Assembly (NCBI GenBank): GCA_041651015.1
Contig: JBAZKA010000003.1
Span: 117,755 to 181,754, forward strand
Direction of reading: 5' to 3'
Length of the DNA: 64,000 nucleotides
DNA from: Patescibacteria group bacterium
GTDB taxonomy: Bacteria; Patescibacteriota; Patescibacteriia; Magasanikbacterales; GWA2-37-8
The number at the start of each line of letters is the position of its first letter. Position 1 is the first letter of the stretch. Below are positions 25,973-34,672 of this stretch, in pieces. The notes under the pieces are model-generated. The model was not told the DNA's origin and ran no database searches. It was given only the letters and a program-made list of their open reading frames with translations. A program made the translations under genes and the position numbers.

Positions 25973-28525
25973 ATGGGTTCGGAATTTGTCATCAATCAAC
26001 CTGTCATCAATTCTGTCGCTTTCACCGACACGGACGCTTTTTTAATTTCCATAGCCTCGGCCGGCGCAATCTTGGCTTTTATAATTTTTCTCAATATCAT
26101 CCGCGCCATTTTGCACGCCAAAGCCCGGACCGGCAAAGCCTTTCATCGCACCGTGCTTTTGGTCAAAGTTCCCAAAGAACGTTTGGGTGAAAAGGCTGAA
26201 ACATCAGGCGCCTTGGAATCAGTGGCGCAAATCCGCGAGCAAATTGCCGCGTCCGAAGTTTTATTCGCAGTCATCGCCGGCTTGCGTCCCGAGAGTGGAA
26301 TCAAATCCTGGTTTTACGGACGCAACGACCACATGGCTTTTGAGCTCGTAGTCAAAGACGGCAAAATTTCTTTTTACTTGGCCGTGCCGGACAGAATGAA
26401 AGATTTCATTGAACATCAAATCCACGCGCAGTTCCCGCATGCGCAAATCACCGAGGAGCCGGATTATAATATTTTTAAACCCGAGAGCCACATTGTCGGC
26501 GCGTATTTGTTTTGTAAACATCGTTCGGCTTTCCCGCTCAAGACTTACAAACAACTGGAAAGCGATCCCCTGCTCGCCATACTTAATCCTTTGTCCAAAT
26601 TAGCGGAAAATGAAGGCGCGATTGTGCAATACATTATTCGTCCGGCCAAAAGTTCCTGGCGGCGCGAAGGCGTGCGCATGATCCGTGAAATTCGCCAAGG
26701 TCAAAAATTTGAATACGTGGCTCGGCGCGGCGCGTTAAGCCGAATATTTTCCGGTTTCAAAAAAGATTTTCTGACCAAAAAAGATCCGGCTAAATCTCAA
26801 GGCCAAACCGAATATCATTTGACACAGATGGAAGAGGAAATGGTAAAAAGCATGGAGGAAAAAATTTCTCAAGGCGGGCTGGAAACCACGATTCGTTTAA
26901 TCAGTTCATCCACCACCCAAGAAAAAGCCAAACTAAATTTGGAAAATATTATCAACTCTTTCAGCCAATACAGCATTTACCGTTATGGCAATTCTTTTGG
27001 CGCGGCCGTGCCGGCCAAACCAACGCGCATAATCCGCGATTCAATTTACCGGTCAATGGGCGCGAAAAAAGTTTTTGTCACCAACCCAATTGAACTGGCC
27101 GGACTATGGCATTTGCCTCTCACCTCCACCGAGACCCCGCACATCAATTGGCTGGGGGCGCGCAAAGCCCCGCCGCCGCTCAATATGCCGACCGAGGGAA
27201 TTATTTTGGGGCGCGCGTCTTATCGCGGCGAAGAAACAATTGTAAAAATGAAACGGTCGGACCGCCGGCGCCATCTTTATACAGTCGGTAAATCCGGTTC
27301 GGGCAAATCCGTCTTCATTCAAAACATGGCCGTGCAAGATGTAATAAACGGCGAAGGCGTTTGTGTGATTGACCCGCACGGAGATTTTGCCGAATATGTT
27401 TTACAGCACGTGCCCAAAGAACGCGCCGAGGATGTGATTTATTTTAATCCTTCGGATGTGGATCGTCCGGTCGGCATGAACATTTTGGAAGTCCACACCG
27501 AAGAGCAAAAAGATTTTGCCACTCAGGAAATGATTTCCATGTTTTATAAAATGGTGACTGACCCGTCCATGATCGGCCCGATGTTTGAACACCAAATGCG
27601 CAACGTCATGCTGACTTTAATGTCGGACATGGAGACGCCCGGCACCATTGCTGAGATTCCGCGCATGTTTACCGATGACGCCTTTGTCGCCACTTGGAAA
27701 AAGAAACTCAAGGATCCGGTGGTGATGTCGTTCTGGGACAAAGAAATGGCCAAAACTTCAGACTTCCACAAATCAGAAATGCTCGGTTACCTCATTTCCA
27801 AAGTCGGACGCTTTACCGAAAATGCCATGGTGCGCAACATCATTGGACAATCGCATTCCGGTTTTAATTTCCGCGAAGTGATGGATCAGAAAAAAATCTT
27901 GATTGTAAATTTAGCCAAAGGTTTGGTCGGTGAAATTAACGCCAACCTTTTGGGTATGATTATCGTATCCAAATTGCAAATGGCCGCCTTGGAGCGCGCT
28001 TCACTGGATGAAGACAAACGTTATGATTTTTATTTGTACATTGACGAGTTCCAAAACTTTATCACTGATTCCATTGCCACGATTTTGTCCGAAGCGCGCA
28101 AGTACCGTTTGGATTTGATTATCGCCCATCAATATCTGAAACAACTGGAAGACAACAAAGGCAAGACCACGGTGCGCGATGCCGTACTCGGCAATGCCGG
28201 CACCATCGTTTCCTTCCGCATTGGCGTGGAAGACGCGGAAATTTTGCAAAAAGAATATGCCCCTGTGTTTTCGGCCTATGACCTGATCAATGTGGAGCAA
28301 TACACGGCCTACATTAAACTGCTTATTGACAATACGGCCGCAAAACCGTTTAATATGATGACATACCCGCCCACCCCGGGCAACAAGGAATTGGCCGAAG
28401 CGATTAAAGAGCTTTCCCGCCTCAAATACGGCCGTCCGCGTGAAATCGTGGAAGCCGAGATTTTGGAACGCTCGCAACTTGGTTCCATCATGCAGCAAAG
28501 CGCCGGCATTGAACCGACGTTATAA
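25973..28525 (+). CDS. Membrane-anchored FtsK/HerA-superfamily P-loop ATPase (TraD/VirD4/HerA-like)
   Basis: N-terminal TM. Walker A TVGKSGSGKSVF. CVIDPHGDFAEY is HerA/DUF87-like. Walker B YLYIDEFQNF. 850 aa. Its N-terminal ~400 aa are paralogous to 34673-36106. Confidence 0.65.
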   Translation: MGSEFVINQPVINSVAFTDTDAFLISIASAGAILAFIIFLNIIRAILHAKARTGKAFHRTVLLVKVPKERLGEKAETSGALESVAQIREQIAASEVLFAVIAGLRPESGIKSWFYGRNDHMAFELVVKDGKISFYLAVPDRMKDFIEHQIHAQFPHAQITEEPDYNIFKPESHIVGAYLFCKHRSAFPLKTYKQLESDPLLAILNPLSKLAENEGAIVQYIIRPAKSSWRREGVRMIREIRQGQKFEYVARRGALSRIFSGFKKDFLTKKDPAKSQGQTEYHLTQMEEEMVKSMEEKISQGGLETTIRLISSSTTQEKAKLNLENIINSFSQYSIYRYGNSFGAAVPAKPTRIIRDSIYRSMGAKKVFVTNPIELAGLWHLPLTSTETPHINWLGARKAPPPLNMPTEGIILGRASYRGEETIVKMKRSDRRRHLYTVGKSGSGKSVFIQNMAVQDVINGEGVCVIDPHGDFAEYVLQHVPKERAEDVIYFNPSDVDRPVGMNILEVHTEEQKDFATQEMISMFYKMVTDPSMIGPMFEHQMRNVMLTLMSDMETPGTIAEIPRMFTDDAFVATWKKKLKDPVVMSFWDKEMAKTSDFHKSEMLGYLISKVGRFTENAMVRNIIGQSHSGFNFREVMDQKKILIVNLAKGLVGEINANLLGMIIVSKLQMAALERASLDEDKRYDFYLYIDEFQNFITDSIATILSEARKYRLDLIIAHQYLKQLEDNKGKTTVRDAVLGNAGTIVSFRIGVEDAEILQKEYAPVFSAYDLINVEQYTAYIKLLIDNTAAKPFNMMTYPPTPGNKELAEAIKELSRLKYGRPREIVEAEILERSQLGSIMQQSAGIEPTL

Positions 28526-28532
28526 AATAATT

Positions 28533-30116
28533 ATGTCCACCTTATACAGAAAATACAGACCGCAAAAATTTTCGGATTTAATCGGGCAAGAACACTTGAC
28601 ACAAACCTTGACCAATGAAATCAGCACGGGCAAAATCGCTCACGCTTATTTATTTTCCGGACCGCGAGGCATTGGCAAAACCACCATGGCGCGCTTGCTC
28701 GCCAAAGCGATAAACTGTGAGAATCGCAAAGACGGCGACTTTGAACCATGCGACGAATGCGCTTCATGCCAGGAAATTTCCGCGGCGCGGAATATTGATG
28801 TGATTGAAATTGATGCCGCTTCCAATACGGGCGTGGACAATGTCCGTGAAAATATAATTGACAACGCGCAATTCAAACCGACCCGTTCCAAATATAAAGT
28901 TTTTATCATTGACGAGGTGCACATGCTCTCCACCAGCGCTTTTAACGCCCTCCTCAAAACTTTGGAGGAACCGCCGGCGCATGTGATTTTTGTCCTGGCC
29001 ACCACTGAACTGCACAAACTGCCGGCCACGATTGTTTCCCGCTGTCAGAGATTTAATTTCAAAAAAATTCCCGAGGATATAATGATAAAAAAATTGGAAA
29101 CGATGGCCAAGGGCGAAGACGTAAAAATAGACAAAGAAGTTTTGAAACGCGTCATGGCCAAAAGCGACGGTTGTATGCGCGATGCCGAGAGTTTGCTCGG
29201 GCAAATTATGTCGCTCAATCTGAAAAAAATCACGGCCGAAGACGCGGTCATGGTCCTACCGGCCGCGAACATCGAACTCTCGCTCAAATATTTATTTGCC
29301 ATTGCCGAACATAATTTCTCGGATGCCGTATACATAGTGGACGAGCTGATTAAAACCGGCGCGAATATTGAACAATTCGCCTTGGACACCATTGAAATTT
29401 TACGGGCCGCCATGATTGCCTCGGCTGGCGGAAGTTTTGGTTTGGATTATTTGGATAAAGACAAAAAAGAAATTAAAAAATTATCCGAACTGCTCGGCCG
29501 AGAAAAAATTATTGCTTTGATTGATTCGGCTGTCCAACGCCGGACTGAAATCAGGCAATCCCCTGTTCCGCAATTGCCCTTGGAACTTTTGGCCGCCGAA
29601 TTTTCCTCACAAACAACTGTAAATAATAAACAAACACCGGTTGCGCCTGAAGTAAAACTAGAAACTCCTCGCGTGGAAATAAAACACGAAACAAATTCAG
29701 TAGTTCAGGCAGTGGTTGAGGAAGTGAGACAAATCGAAATAAAACCAGCAGAAGCTGTGCCCGAGGCCACAACCGCCCCAACTCACTCTGGAACATTAAC
29801 CCTTGATGAAGCCAAAAAAATCTGGGCCGAAGTCATTTCCAAATTAATGACCGAACTTCCATCTCTACTCTTTGTCTTAAAAATGGCCAGCATAAACGGC
29901 GTGGACGGCGACAATATTGAATTATCTATTCCCTTTTCTTTTCACAAAGAAAAAATTGAAGACAATAAAAATAAAAAAGCGATTGAATCAGCCATGGCGC
30001 AAATTACCGGCCGGCACATTGGTTTGATTTGCACAGTCAAAGAAGAAGAAACACAAAAAGTTGATTCAGATATCACTGCTCTCGCGGCCGAATTCGGCGG
30101 TGAAGTAGTGGGGTAA
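28533..30116 (+). CDS. dnaX: DNA polymerase III subunit gamma/tau
   Basis: MSTLYRKYRPQKFSDLIGQEH start. GPRGIGKTT Walker A. CDECASCQE zinc module. The ORF-track start at 28440 is an upstream extension. Confidence 0.85.
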   Translation: MSTLYRKYRPQKFSDLIGQEHLTQTLTNEISTGKIAHAYLFSGPRGIGKTTMARLLAKAINCENRKDGDFEPCDECASCQEISAARNIDVIEIDAASNTGVDNVRENIIDNAQFKPTRSKYKVFIIDEVHMLSTSAFNALLKTLEEPPAHVIFVLATTELHKLPATIVSRCQRFNFKKIPEDIMIKKLETMAKGEDVKIDKEVLKRVMAKSDGCMRDAESLLGQIMSLNLKKITAEDAVMVLPAANIELSLKYLFAIAEHNFSDAVYIVDELIKTGANIEQFALDTIEILRAAMIASAGGSFGLDYLDKDKKEIKKLSELLGREKIIALIDSAVQRRTEIRQSPVPQLPLELLAAEFSSQTTVNNKQTPVAPEVKLETPRVEIKHETNSVVQAVVEEVRQIEIKPAEAVPEATTAPTHSGTLTLDEAKKIWAEVISKLMTELPSLLFVLKMASINGVDGDNIELSIPFSFHKEKIEDNKNKKAIESAMAQITGRHIGLICTVKEEETQKVDSDITALAAEFGGEVVG

Positions 30117-30123
30117 ACAGTCA

Positions 30124-30155
30124 AAAGTTCATAAAGTTATAAAGTTCATAAAGTT
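30124..30155 (+). repeat. AAAGTTCATAAAGTTATAAAGTTCATAAAGTT tandem octamer repeats abutting the start codon
   Basis: Four ATAAAGTT units directly precede the ATG at 30156. The same motif is seen at 19297-19388. Confidence 0.5.
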
Positions 30156-30977
30156 ATGAAAAAAATATTTTTCGCTGTCATTCTTGGTGCATTACTTCCC
30201 TGTTTCGCGCACGCCGCTACCTCAACGGAAAAAATCAGTTTGTCTGTGCCTTTCATTATTGAAATTCCGGACGGCACTTGGACCGGCAATTGGAAAAACG
30301 CTTGCGAGGAAGCGAGCATGAGCATGGTGGATCAATATTATGCGGGCGTGACTAAAATCAGCCGGCAAGCATCCAAAAATATCATGAATCCCCTATTTAC
30401 CTATCAGGATTCTATTTGGGGCGGAAACGCGGATTCCAATGCCACGCGCACAGCCAAAATCATTGAGGCCAAACTTGATTTCAAAGCCACCATCAAACGC
30501 AATCCGACTATTGAAGAAATTAAAAACGAACTTCGCGCAGGCCGTCCGGTCATTTCCTTTCATTACGCCAAATACTTAGCCAACCCCGGACACCGTTTCC
30601 GCGTGGGCGGTTCATATTATCATGTCATGGTAATCAGCGGTTTTGACGATGCCACAGGCGAGTTTATCACCGAAGACCCGGGCGCTGAGAATGGTCTTGA
30701 CTATCGCTATAAATATGATACACTCATGGCGACTTTAGGTGACTTTAATCACACCACCAAAAAAGTGGACGGCCCGGCCACGGTAATATTTACCAAGCAA
30801 TATTTACTGGCCAAAGCCGAAGGCGGTAAAAGAATATATTTGTTGAACGATAATACCAGACAATATATTTGCAGTCCGGATTTGTTCAAGAAGTATGGTT
30901 GGAGTTGGAGCAAAGTTAGAACAGTAAATAAAACTTGGTTGTCTTCCATGGCCACCGGCACGGCTATTTGGGAATAA
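30156..30977 (+). CDS. Secreted peptidase_C39-like domain protein
   Basis: Signal peptide. NACEEASMSMV resembles the N-x-C-G-P-A-S-L-A-M C39-like catalytic Cys motif. Confidence 0.5.
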   Translation: MKKIFFAVILGALLPCFAHAATSTEKISLSVPFIIEIPDGTWTGNWKNACEEASMSMVDQYYAGVTKISRQASKNIMNPLFTYQDSIWGGNADSNATRTAKIIEAKLDFKATIKRNPTIEEIKNELRAGRPVISFHYAKYLANPGHRFRVGGSYYHVMVISGFDDATGEFITEDPGAENGLDYRYKYDTLMATLGDFNHTTKKVDGPATVIFTKQYLLAKAEGGKRIYLLNDNTRQYICSPDLFKKYGWSWSKVRTVNKTWLSSMATGTAIWE

Positions 30978-30984
30978 AAAAAAC

Positions 30985-31327
30985 TCCGAGATCGTCTGCC
31001 AGGTCTAATAGCCCGCCTTCGTCCGCCTTGGGCGGACTACGGACGGGTAAATAGGACACGAGACTCTTGCGCCCAAGGCGCATCCGCCTCGGGCGGAGAA
31101 TCTCTTACCTCGCCACGCCGAAGTCCCGACATAGTCGAGGCGAAGGCGGGTCTAGGTTCGAATCCTAATACAATTTACTATCCGAGATCGTCTAATGGTA
31201 GGACACGAGACTCTTGCGCCCAAGGCGCATCCGCCTCGGGCGGAGAATCTCTTACCTCGCCACGCCGAAGTCCCGACATAGTCGAGGCGAAGGCGGGTCT
31301 AGGTTCGAATCCTAATACAATTTACTA
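30985..31327 (+). repeat. Tandem array of two tRNA-Gln-derived pseudo-copies (196 bp and 147 bp) carrying GC-rich hairpin inserts
   Basis: Each unit begins TCCGAGATCGTCT (the tRNA-Gln 5' half). An 85-nt insert is identical in both units and follows GAGACTCT in the anticodon loop. The T-arm CTAGGTTCGAATCCTA follows, with no matching acceptor 3' strand. Unit 1 also carries a 50-nt insert in the D-loop. Confidence 0.7.
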
Positions 31328-31399
31328 TCCGAGATCGTCTAATGGTAGGACACGAGACTCTGAATCTCGTTATCTAGGTTCGAATCCTAGTCTCGGAAC
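31328..31399 (+). tRNA. tRNA-Gln (anticodon CTG)
   Basis: TCCGAGA/TCTCGGA acceptor with U1-A72. D-stem GTCT/GGAC. Anticodon stem CGAGA/TCTCG with loop CTCTGAA. T-arm CTAGG-TTCGAAT-CCTAG. Confidence 0.8.
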
Positions 31400-31412
31400 A
31401 AAAGAACGATTT

Positions 31413-31440
31413 AATCGGCTACTAAGGCCGATTTAATTTT
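31413..31440 (+). terminator. Rho-independent terminator after tRNA-Gln
   Basis: AATCGGC-tactaa-GCCGATT followed by TAATTTT. Confidence 0.55.
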
Positions 31441-31515
31441 AGGTAAATAGATTGAAACGTTTTTCTATCCATGATAATATAACTCTATAAAATATGTAAT
31501 TAAATTATCTATGAT

Positions 31516-31720
31516 TTTACTAGCAGACTCAATGATACAAATTGTCGCTTCTGGGGGCGGTTTGATTATCGATTTAAACAAAACAACTTTGATGTCAGAT
31601 ACCATGATACAAATTGCTGCTGCTGCTGGACGATCGGGTGCAAAAGTAGTTTTTAAACTTGGTTCTAAAATTTTGATGTCAGATACCATGATACAAATTG
31701 CTGCTGCGGGGAGGGGTAAT
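31516..31720 (+). repeat. Three tandem direct repeats with 72-84 bp period (core GATGTCAGATACCATGATACAAATTGCTGCTGC)
   Basis: Core copies at 31591-31620 and 31675-31707. A degenerate copy at 31521-31557. ORFs 31511-31741 (+) and 31465-31689 (-) are just translations of these repeats. Confidence 0.65.
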
Positions 31721-31744
31721 GTAATTTTTGATATAAGTTAGAAT

Positions 31745-32434
31745 ATGGAACAAAATTATTATTTTATCGACGGATCTTCATTGATTGCGCAAATTAGAAC
31801 ACTGTGGAAAAAGGATCCTAAATACAATTGGCGCCGACTAGATCCCTTGAAATTTATAGGACAAATTGTTTATTCGCTTCCCGAACTCGGATCAGCGAAT
31901 TATAAAAGAGCGGAATTCTATTTTCCAAAAGGCGAGCAAAATATCGACACATACCTTCTAATGCCCAAAAATTCAACCCCAGGACTCGTACGCGACGTCC
32001 ATTTCAAGTATTGTGGTGAAAAGCTTGATAGGTCATCGGCGTATGAAACATGGCTTGATACTGTACCGCCTCAATGGCTAGATCGGTGTACAAAAAGTGA
32101 AAAGGGTGTGGACATTGAAATATGTTGTGACGCGCTACGTTTGGCCTCATTCGGAAAAATGGACAGGCTCTTTCTATTCACAAATGACCGCGATTTTGTA
32201 CCACTATGCAAAACCCTCAAAGATTTTGGGGTAAATATTAGTCTTATTCATCTTTCAAATTTCACTAATCCAAATAAGCTTTTGCTTGATGAATGCGATT
32301 CGTATGATTTGCTAAAACAAGGCCAATTGGAACTGTTTTTTGAAACGAACAAAGCAAAGAATACTGAGGATGCAGATATACCCGGTATGAATAACTCTCC
32401 CCACGGCGATATTGCCACCACCTTAGTAGCATAA
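31745..32434 (+). CDS. NYN-domain (LabA/PIN-like) predicted ribonuclease
   Basis: YYFIDGSSLI ... GVDIEICCDALRLASFGKMDRLFLFTNDRDFVPLCKTLKDFGVNISLIH matches the NYN acidic core. Sits in an AT-rich islet. Confidence 0.65.
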   Translation: MEQNYYFIDGSSLIAQIRTLWKKDPKYNWRRLDPLKFIGQIVYSLPELGSANYKRAEFYFPKGEQNIDTYLLMPKNSTPGLVRDVHFKYCGEKLDRSSAYETWLDTVPPQWLDRCTKSEKGVDIEICCDALRLASFGKMDRLFLFTNDRDFVPLCKTLKDFGVNISLIHLSNFTNPNKLLLDECDSYDLLKQGQLELFFETNKAKNTEDADIPGMNNSPHGDIATTLVA

Positions 32435-32564
32435 TGGGATTAACAGAAAATATTGTCTATTATCTATTGTAAAACTACGTTTACCATCCCGTCCTCTCCG
32501 GGCGGTTTTTAATTTGACCTCCCCCACCCCAAAGAGTAAAATAACCCTATATAAATTAAACACT

Positions 32565-32909
32565 ATGAACTTCAAACAACAGTGGCGGGAAAACAAATGC
32601 AAAATTATTGGCAACATAACTGGCATAATTGTCTTTATCCTGCTCGCTTTACTCTACTTATATTTATATTCTACAATCACCAACGGAGCAATCAGCGGCG
32701 CAGAACCAAGCAAGTGGCACATGCTACCCATGATTACTGGCCACATGATTCCACTCATCGTGCTTTTTGATCTTGGCGGTCCCGATTCTTGGGGATTTTC
32801 CGCAATAACCCTCGTTGTTTTGATAACAATTTTGTTGCCAGTTACTTATTGGTACATTGGTGGAAAAATCGGTGCGGCCATCGGACGAAAAATACAATCA
32901 AAAAAATGA
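32565..32909 (+). CDS. Small polytopic membrane protein
   Basis: Three predicted TM helices. ATGA overlap with the downstream GT2 start. The start is ambiguous (32514 or 32565). Confidence 0.4.
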   Translation: MNFKQQWRENKCKIIGNITGIIVFILLALLYLYLYSTITNGAISGAEPSKWHMLPMITGHMIPLIVLFDLGGPDSWGFSAITLVVLITILLPVTYWYIGGKIGAAIGRKIQSKK

Positions 32910-33670
32910 AAACCTCCATCATCATCCCGACCTACAACGAACAGGAAAATATTAATGAACTGTGCGAACGAATTTTCAAAAATAATCCGGCTGATGTCCG
33001 GATAATTTTTGTTGATGATAGCTCCCCGGATGGGACGGCGGAAAAGATCCTGCGGTGTGCAGATGAACAAAAACGCGCGACAAGGGATTCCTCCGCTCCG
33101 TTCGCTTCGCTCGCTCCGGTCGGAATGACAAATATAGATTCAATCAAGCTCATCCGCCGTAGCGCCAAACTCGGCCTGGGCTCGGCCTATATTGAAGGTT
33201 TTAAGGCCGCCCTGGCCGATAAGGCGGACTTTATCATGGAAATGGACGCTGATTTATCTCACGCGCCCGAGGATATTCCGCGGATGATTGAAGCAATGAA
33301 AGACGCTGATTTGGTCATTGGTTCACGCCGAGTGGCGGGCGGAAAAATCATCGGCTGGAACGCGCGCCGGCATTTTACCAGTTCCATGGCCACCTGGTTT
33401 GCCCGATTAGTACTTCGTCTAAACACAAAAGACGTCACGGCCGGCTTCCGTTGTTATCGCCGTGAGATTTTGGAAAAAATTGATTTGGATAAAATAAAAA
33501 GCAATGGTTATGCTTTTCAGGAAGAAATGTTATTTTTGGTGGAACGCTTGGGCGCGCGGGTAAAGGAAATTCCCGTGGAATTTAATGACCGCGCGCGGGG
33601 CAAATCAAAACTTTCATTCAAAGATATCGTGGAATATTTTATTACGATGGGGAGATTGTTTTTAAAATAG
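32906..33670 (+). CDS. Family-2 glycosyltransferase (dolichyl-phosphate mannose synthase-like), carrying an in-frame repeat insert
   Basis: IIIPTYNEQENI, VDDSSPDGT, LIRRSAKLGLGSAYIEGF and DADLSHAPED motifs. The inserted RATRDSSAPFASLAPVGMTNIDS is encoded by repeat copy 33075-33130. The ORF-track start at 32789 is an N-terminal over-extension. Confidence 0.8.
   Translation: MKTSIIIPTYNEQENINELCERIFKNNPADVRIIFVDDSSPDGTAEKILRCADEQKRATRDSSAPFASLAPVGMTNIDSIKLIRRSAKLGLGSAYIEGFKAALADKADFIMEMDADLSHAPEDIPRMIEAMKDADLVIGSRRVAGGKIIGWNARRHFTSSMATWFARLVLRLNTKDVTAGFRCYRREILEKIDLDKIKSNGYAFQEEMLFLVERLGARVKEIPVEFNDRARGKSKLSFKDIVEYFITMGRLFLK
33075..33130 (-). repeat. Family A repeat copy in frame inside the GT2 CDS
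   Basis: The reverse complement reads TGTCATTCCGACCGGAGCGAGCGAAGCGAACGGAGCGGAGGAATCCCTTGTCGCGCG. Confidence 0.7.
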
Positions 33671-34628
33671 TTTTTAACTCGCTCATCGTATTCACTCGCA
33701 CCAACTCGGCGCGAATTATTTTTATGTCCGACACGATTATCCGCGACTGGATCCCCGCCTTCGCGGGGATGACACGAACCAGGCGATCCCCATGAAAATA
33801 CCACGGCAAATGTTTGCGTAGCGTGACCATTCCCCTGTCGCCATAATGCGCGATGTGCAATTCCGCGTGACGGATAATTGTTTTAATTAATTCATTATTG
33901 GTTATTTTTTTATTATTATTCGCCAACACCCACGGATTGCCCAAGGCTCCGCGTCCAATCATCACGCCATCCGCGCCGGTAATTTCCAAACATTTTTGTA
34001 TATCGTCCGCGCATTTAATGTCGCCGTTTGCCAACACTGGAATTTTCAAAATCTTTTTCACTTTGGCAATCATCGTCCAGTCGGCTTCGCCGGCATAACC
34101 TTGCGTTTTGGTCCGGCCGTGAATTTCTATCCGATCAATCCCCGCTTCCTGCAAACGCAGGGCAAATTCCAAAATTTCATTTTTGTCGCTCCAGCCCAGA
34201 CGTGTTTTCACCGATAGCGGACATTTTAATTTTTCTTTTTTAATCGCCTGAATAATTTCCATGGCCAAATCCGGATGTTTCATCAGAGCCGCGCCGGCAC
34301 GGGACTTTTGCGCAATCTTGGGCACGGGGCAACCCATGTTAATATCTATCCCATCAGGATGAAACTTATCATCAATAATTTTGGCTGCCCGCGCCATGGT
34401 CTCGGGCTTGTCGCCAAAAATCTGGATAATCACCGGGCGCTCGCGCTCATCAATCTCGCACATTTTCAAAGTTTTGGCATTACCGCGGACAATGGCCTCG
34501 GCGCTCACCATCTCGCGGAAAATTAAAAAATCCTTGCCCGAGACTTCACGGCACAAAATTGAAAATGGCTGATCAGTATAATCAGCCATTGGGGCAAGGG
34601 AGACCACAGGAAAACTTTCAAACTTCAT
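33642..34628 (-). CDS. dus: tRNA-dihydrouridine synthase, with repeat-derived C-terminal tail
   Basis: PMADYTDQPF, IDINMGCP and HGRTKTQGY Dus motifs. The last ~40 codons (RVIPAKAGIQS...) read through repeat 33747-33774. Confidence 0.8.
   Translation of the reverse strand: MKFESFPVVSLAPMADYTDQPFSILCREVSGKDFLIFREMVSAEAIVRGNAKTLKMCEIDERERPVIIQIFGDKPETMARAAKIIDDKFHPDGIDINMGCPVPKIAQKSRAGAALMKHPDLAMEIIQAIKKEKLKCPLSVKTRLGWSDKNEILEFALRLQEAGIDRIEIHGRTKTQGYAGEADWTMIAKVKKILKIPVLANGDIKCADDIQKCLEITGADGVMIGRGALGNPWVLANNNKKITNNELIKTIIRHAELHIAHYGDRGMVTLRKHLPWYFHGDRLVRVIPAKAGIQSRIIVSDIKIIRAELVRVNTMSELKTILKTISPS
33747..33774 (-). repeat. Family B repeat unit (GTCATCCCCGCGAAGGCGGGGATCCAG) inside the dus 3' end
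   Basis: Perfect ATCCCCGC/GCGGGGAT inverted repeat. Related to the unit at 9340-9366. Confidence 0.6.
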
Positions 34629-34672
34629 AACGGAATATACGAACTACGAAAGATACGAAATTTACGAAACGA

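Noticed and set aside
28440-28532. ORF-track start of dnaX at 28440
   Set aside because: That would overlap the upstream ATPase gene. The canonical dnaX N-terminus MSTLYRKYRPQ begins at 28533, right after that gene's stop.
30985-31327. Possible CRISPR array, or intron-containing (group I / BHB) tRNA genes
   Set aside because: Only two long units (147-196 bp) with identical inserts, so this is not a repeat-spacer architecture. The inserts (~85 and ~50 nt) are too short for group I introns and the units lack an acceptor 3' strand, so they cannot yield a spliced tRNA. The intron-remnant idea is kept as a hypothesis in findings.
31465-31741. ORFs 31511-31741 (+) and 31465-31689 (-), whose proteins contain three internal repeats (MSDTMIQIAAAG)
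   Set aside because: The periodicity comes from translating the 72-84-bp DNA tandem repeats in either strand. There is no RBS and both strands open equally, so I interpret this as non-coding repeats. A repeat-peptide cannot be fully excluded.
32789-32905. ORF-track start of the GT2 gene at 32789
   Set aside because: That extension overlaps the upstream membrane-protein gene. The conserved GT2 N-terminus (MKTSIIIPTYNE) starts at 32906 with an ATGA stop/start overlap.
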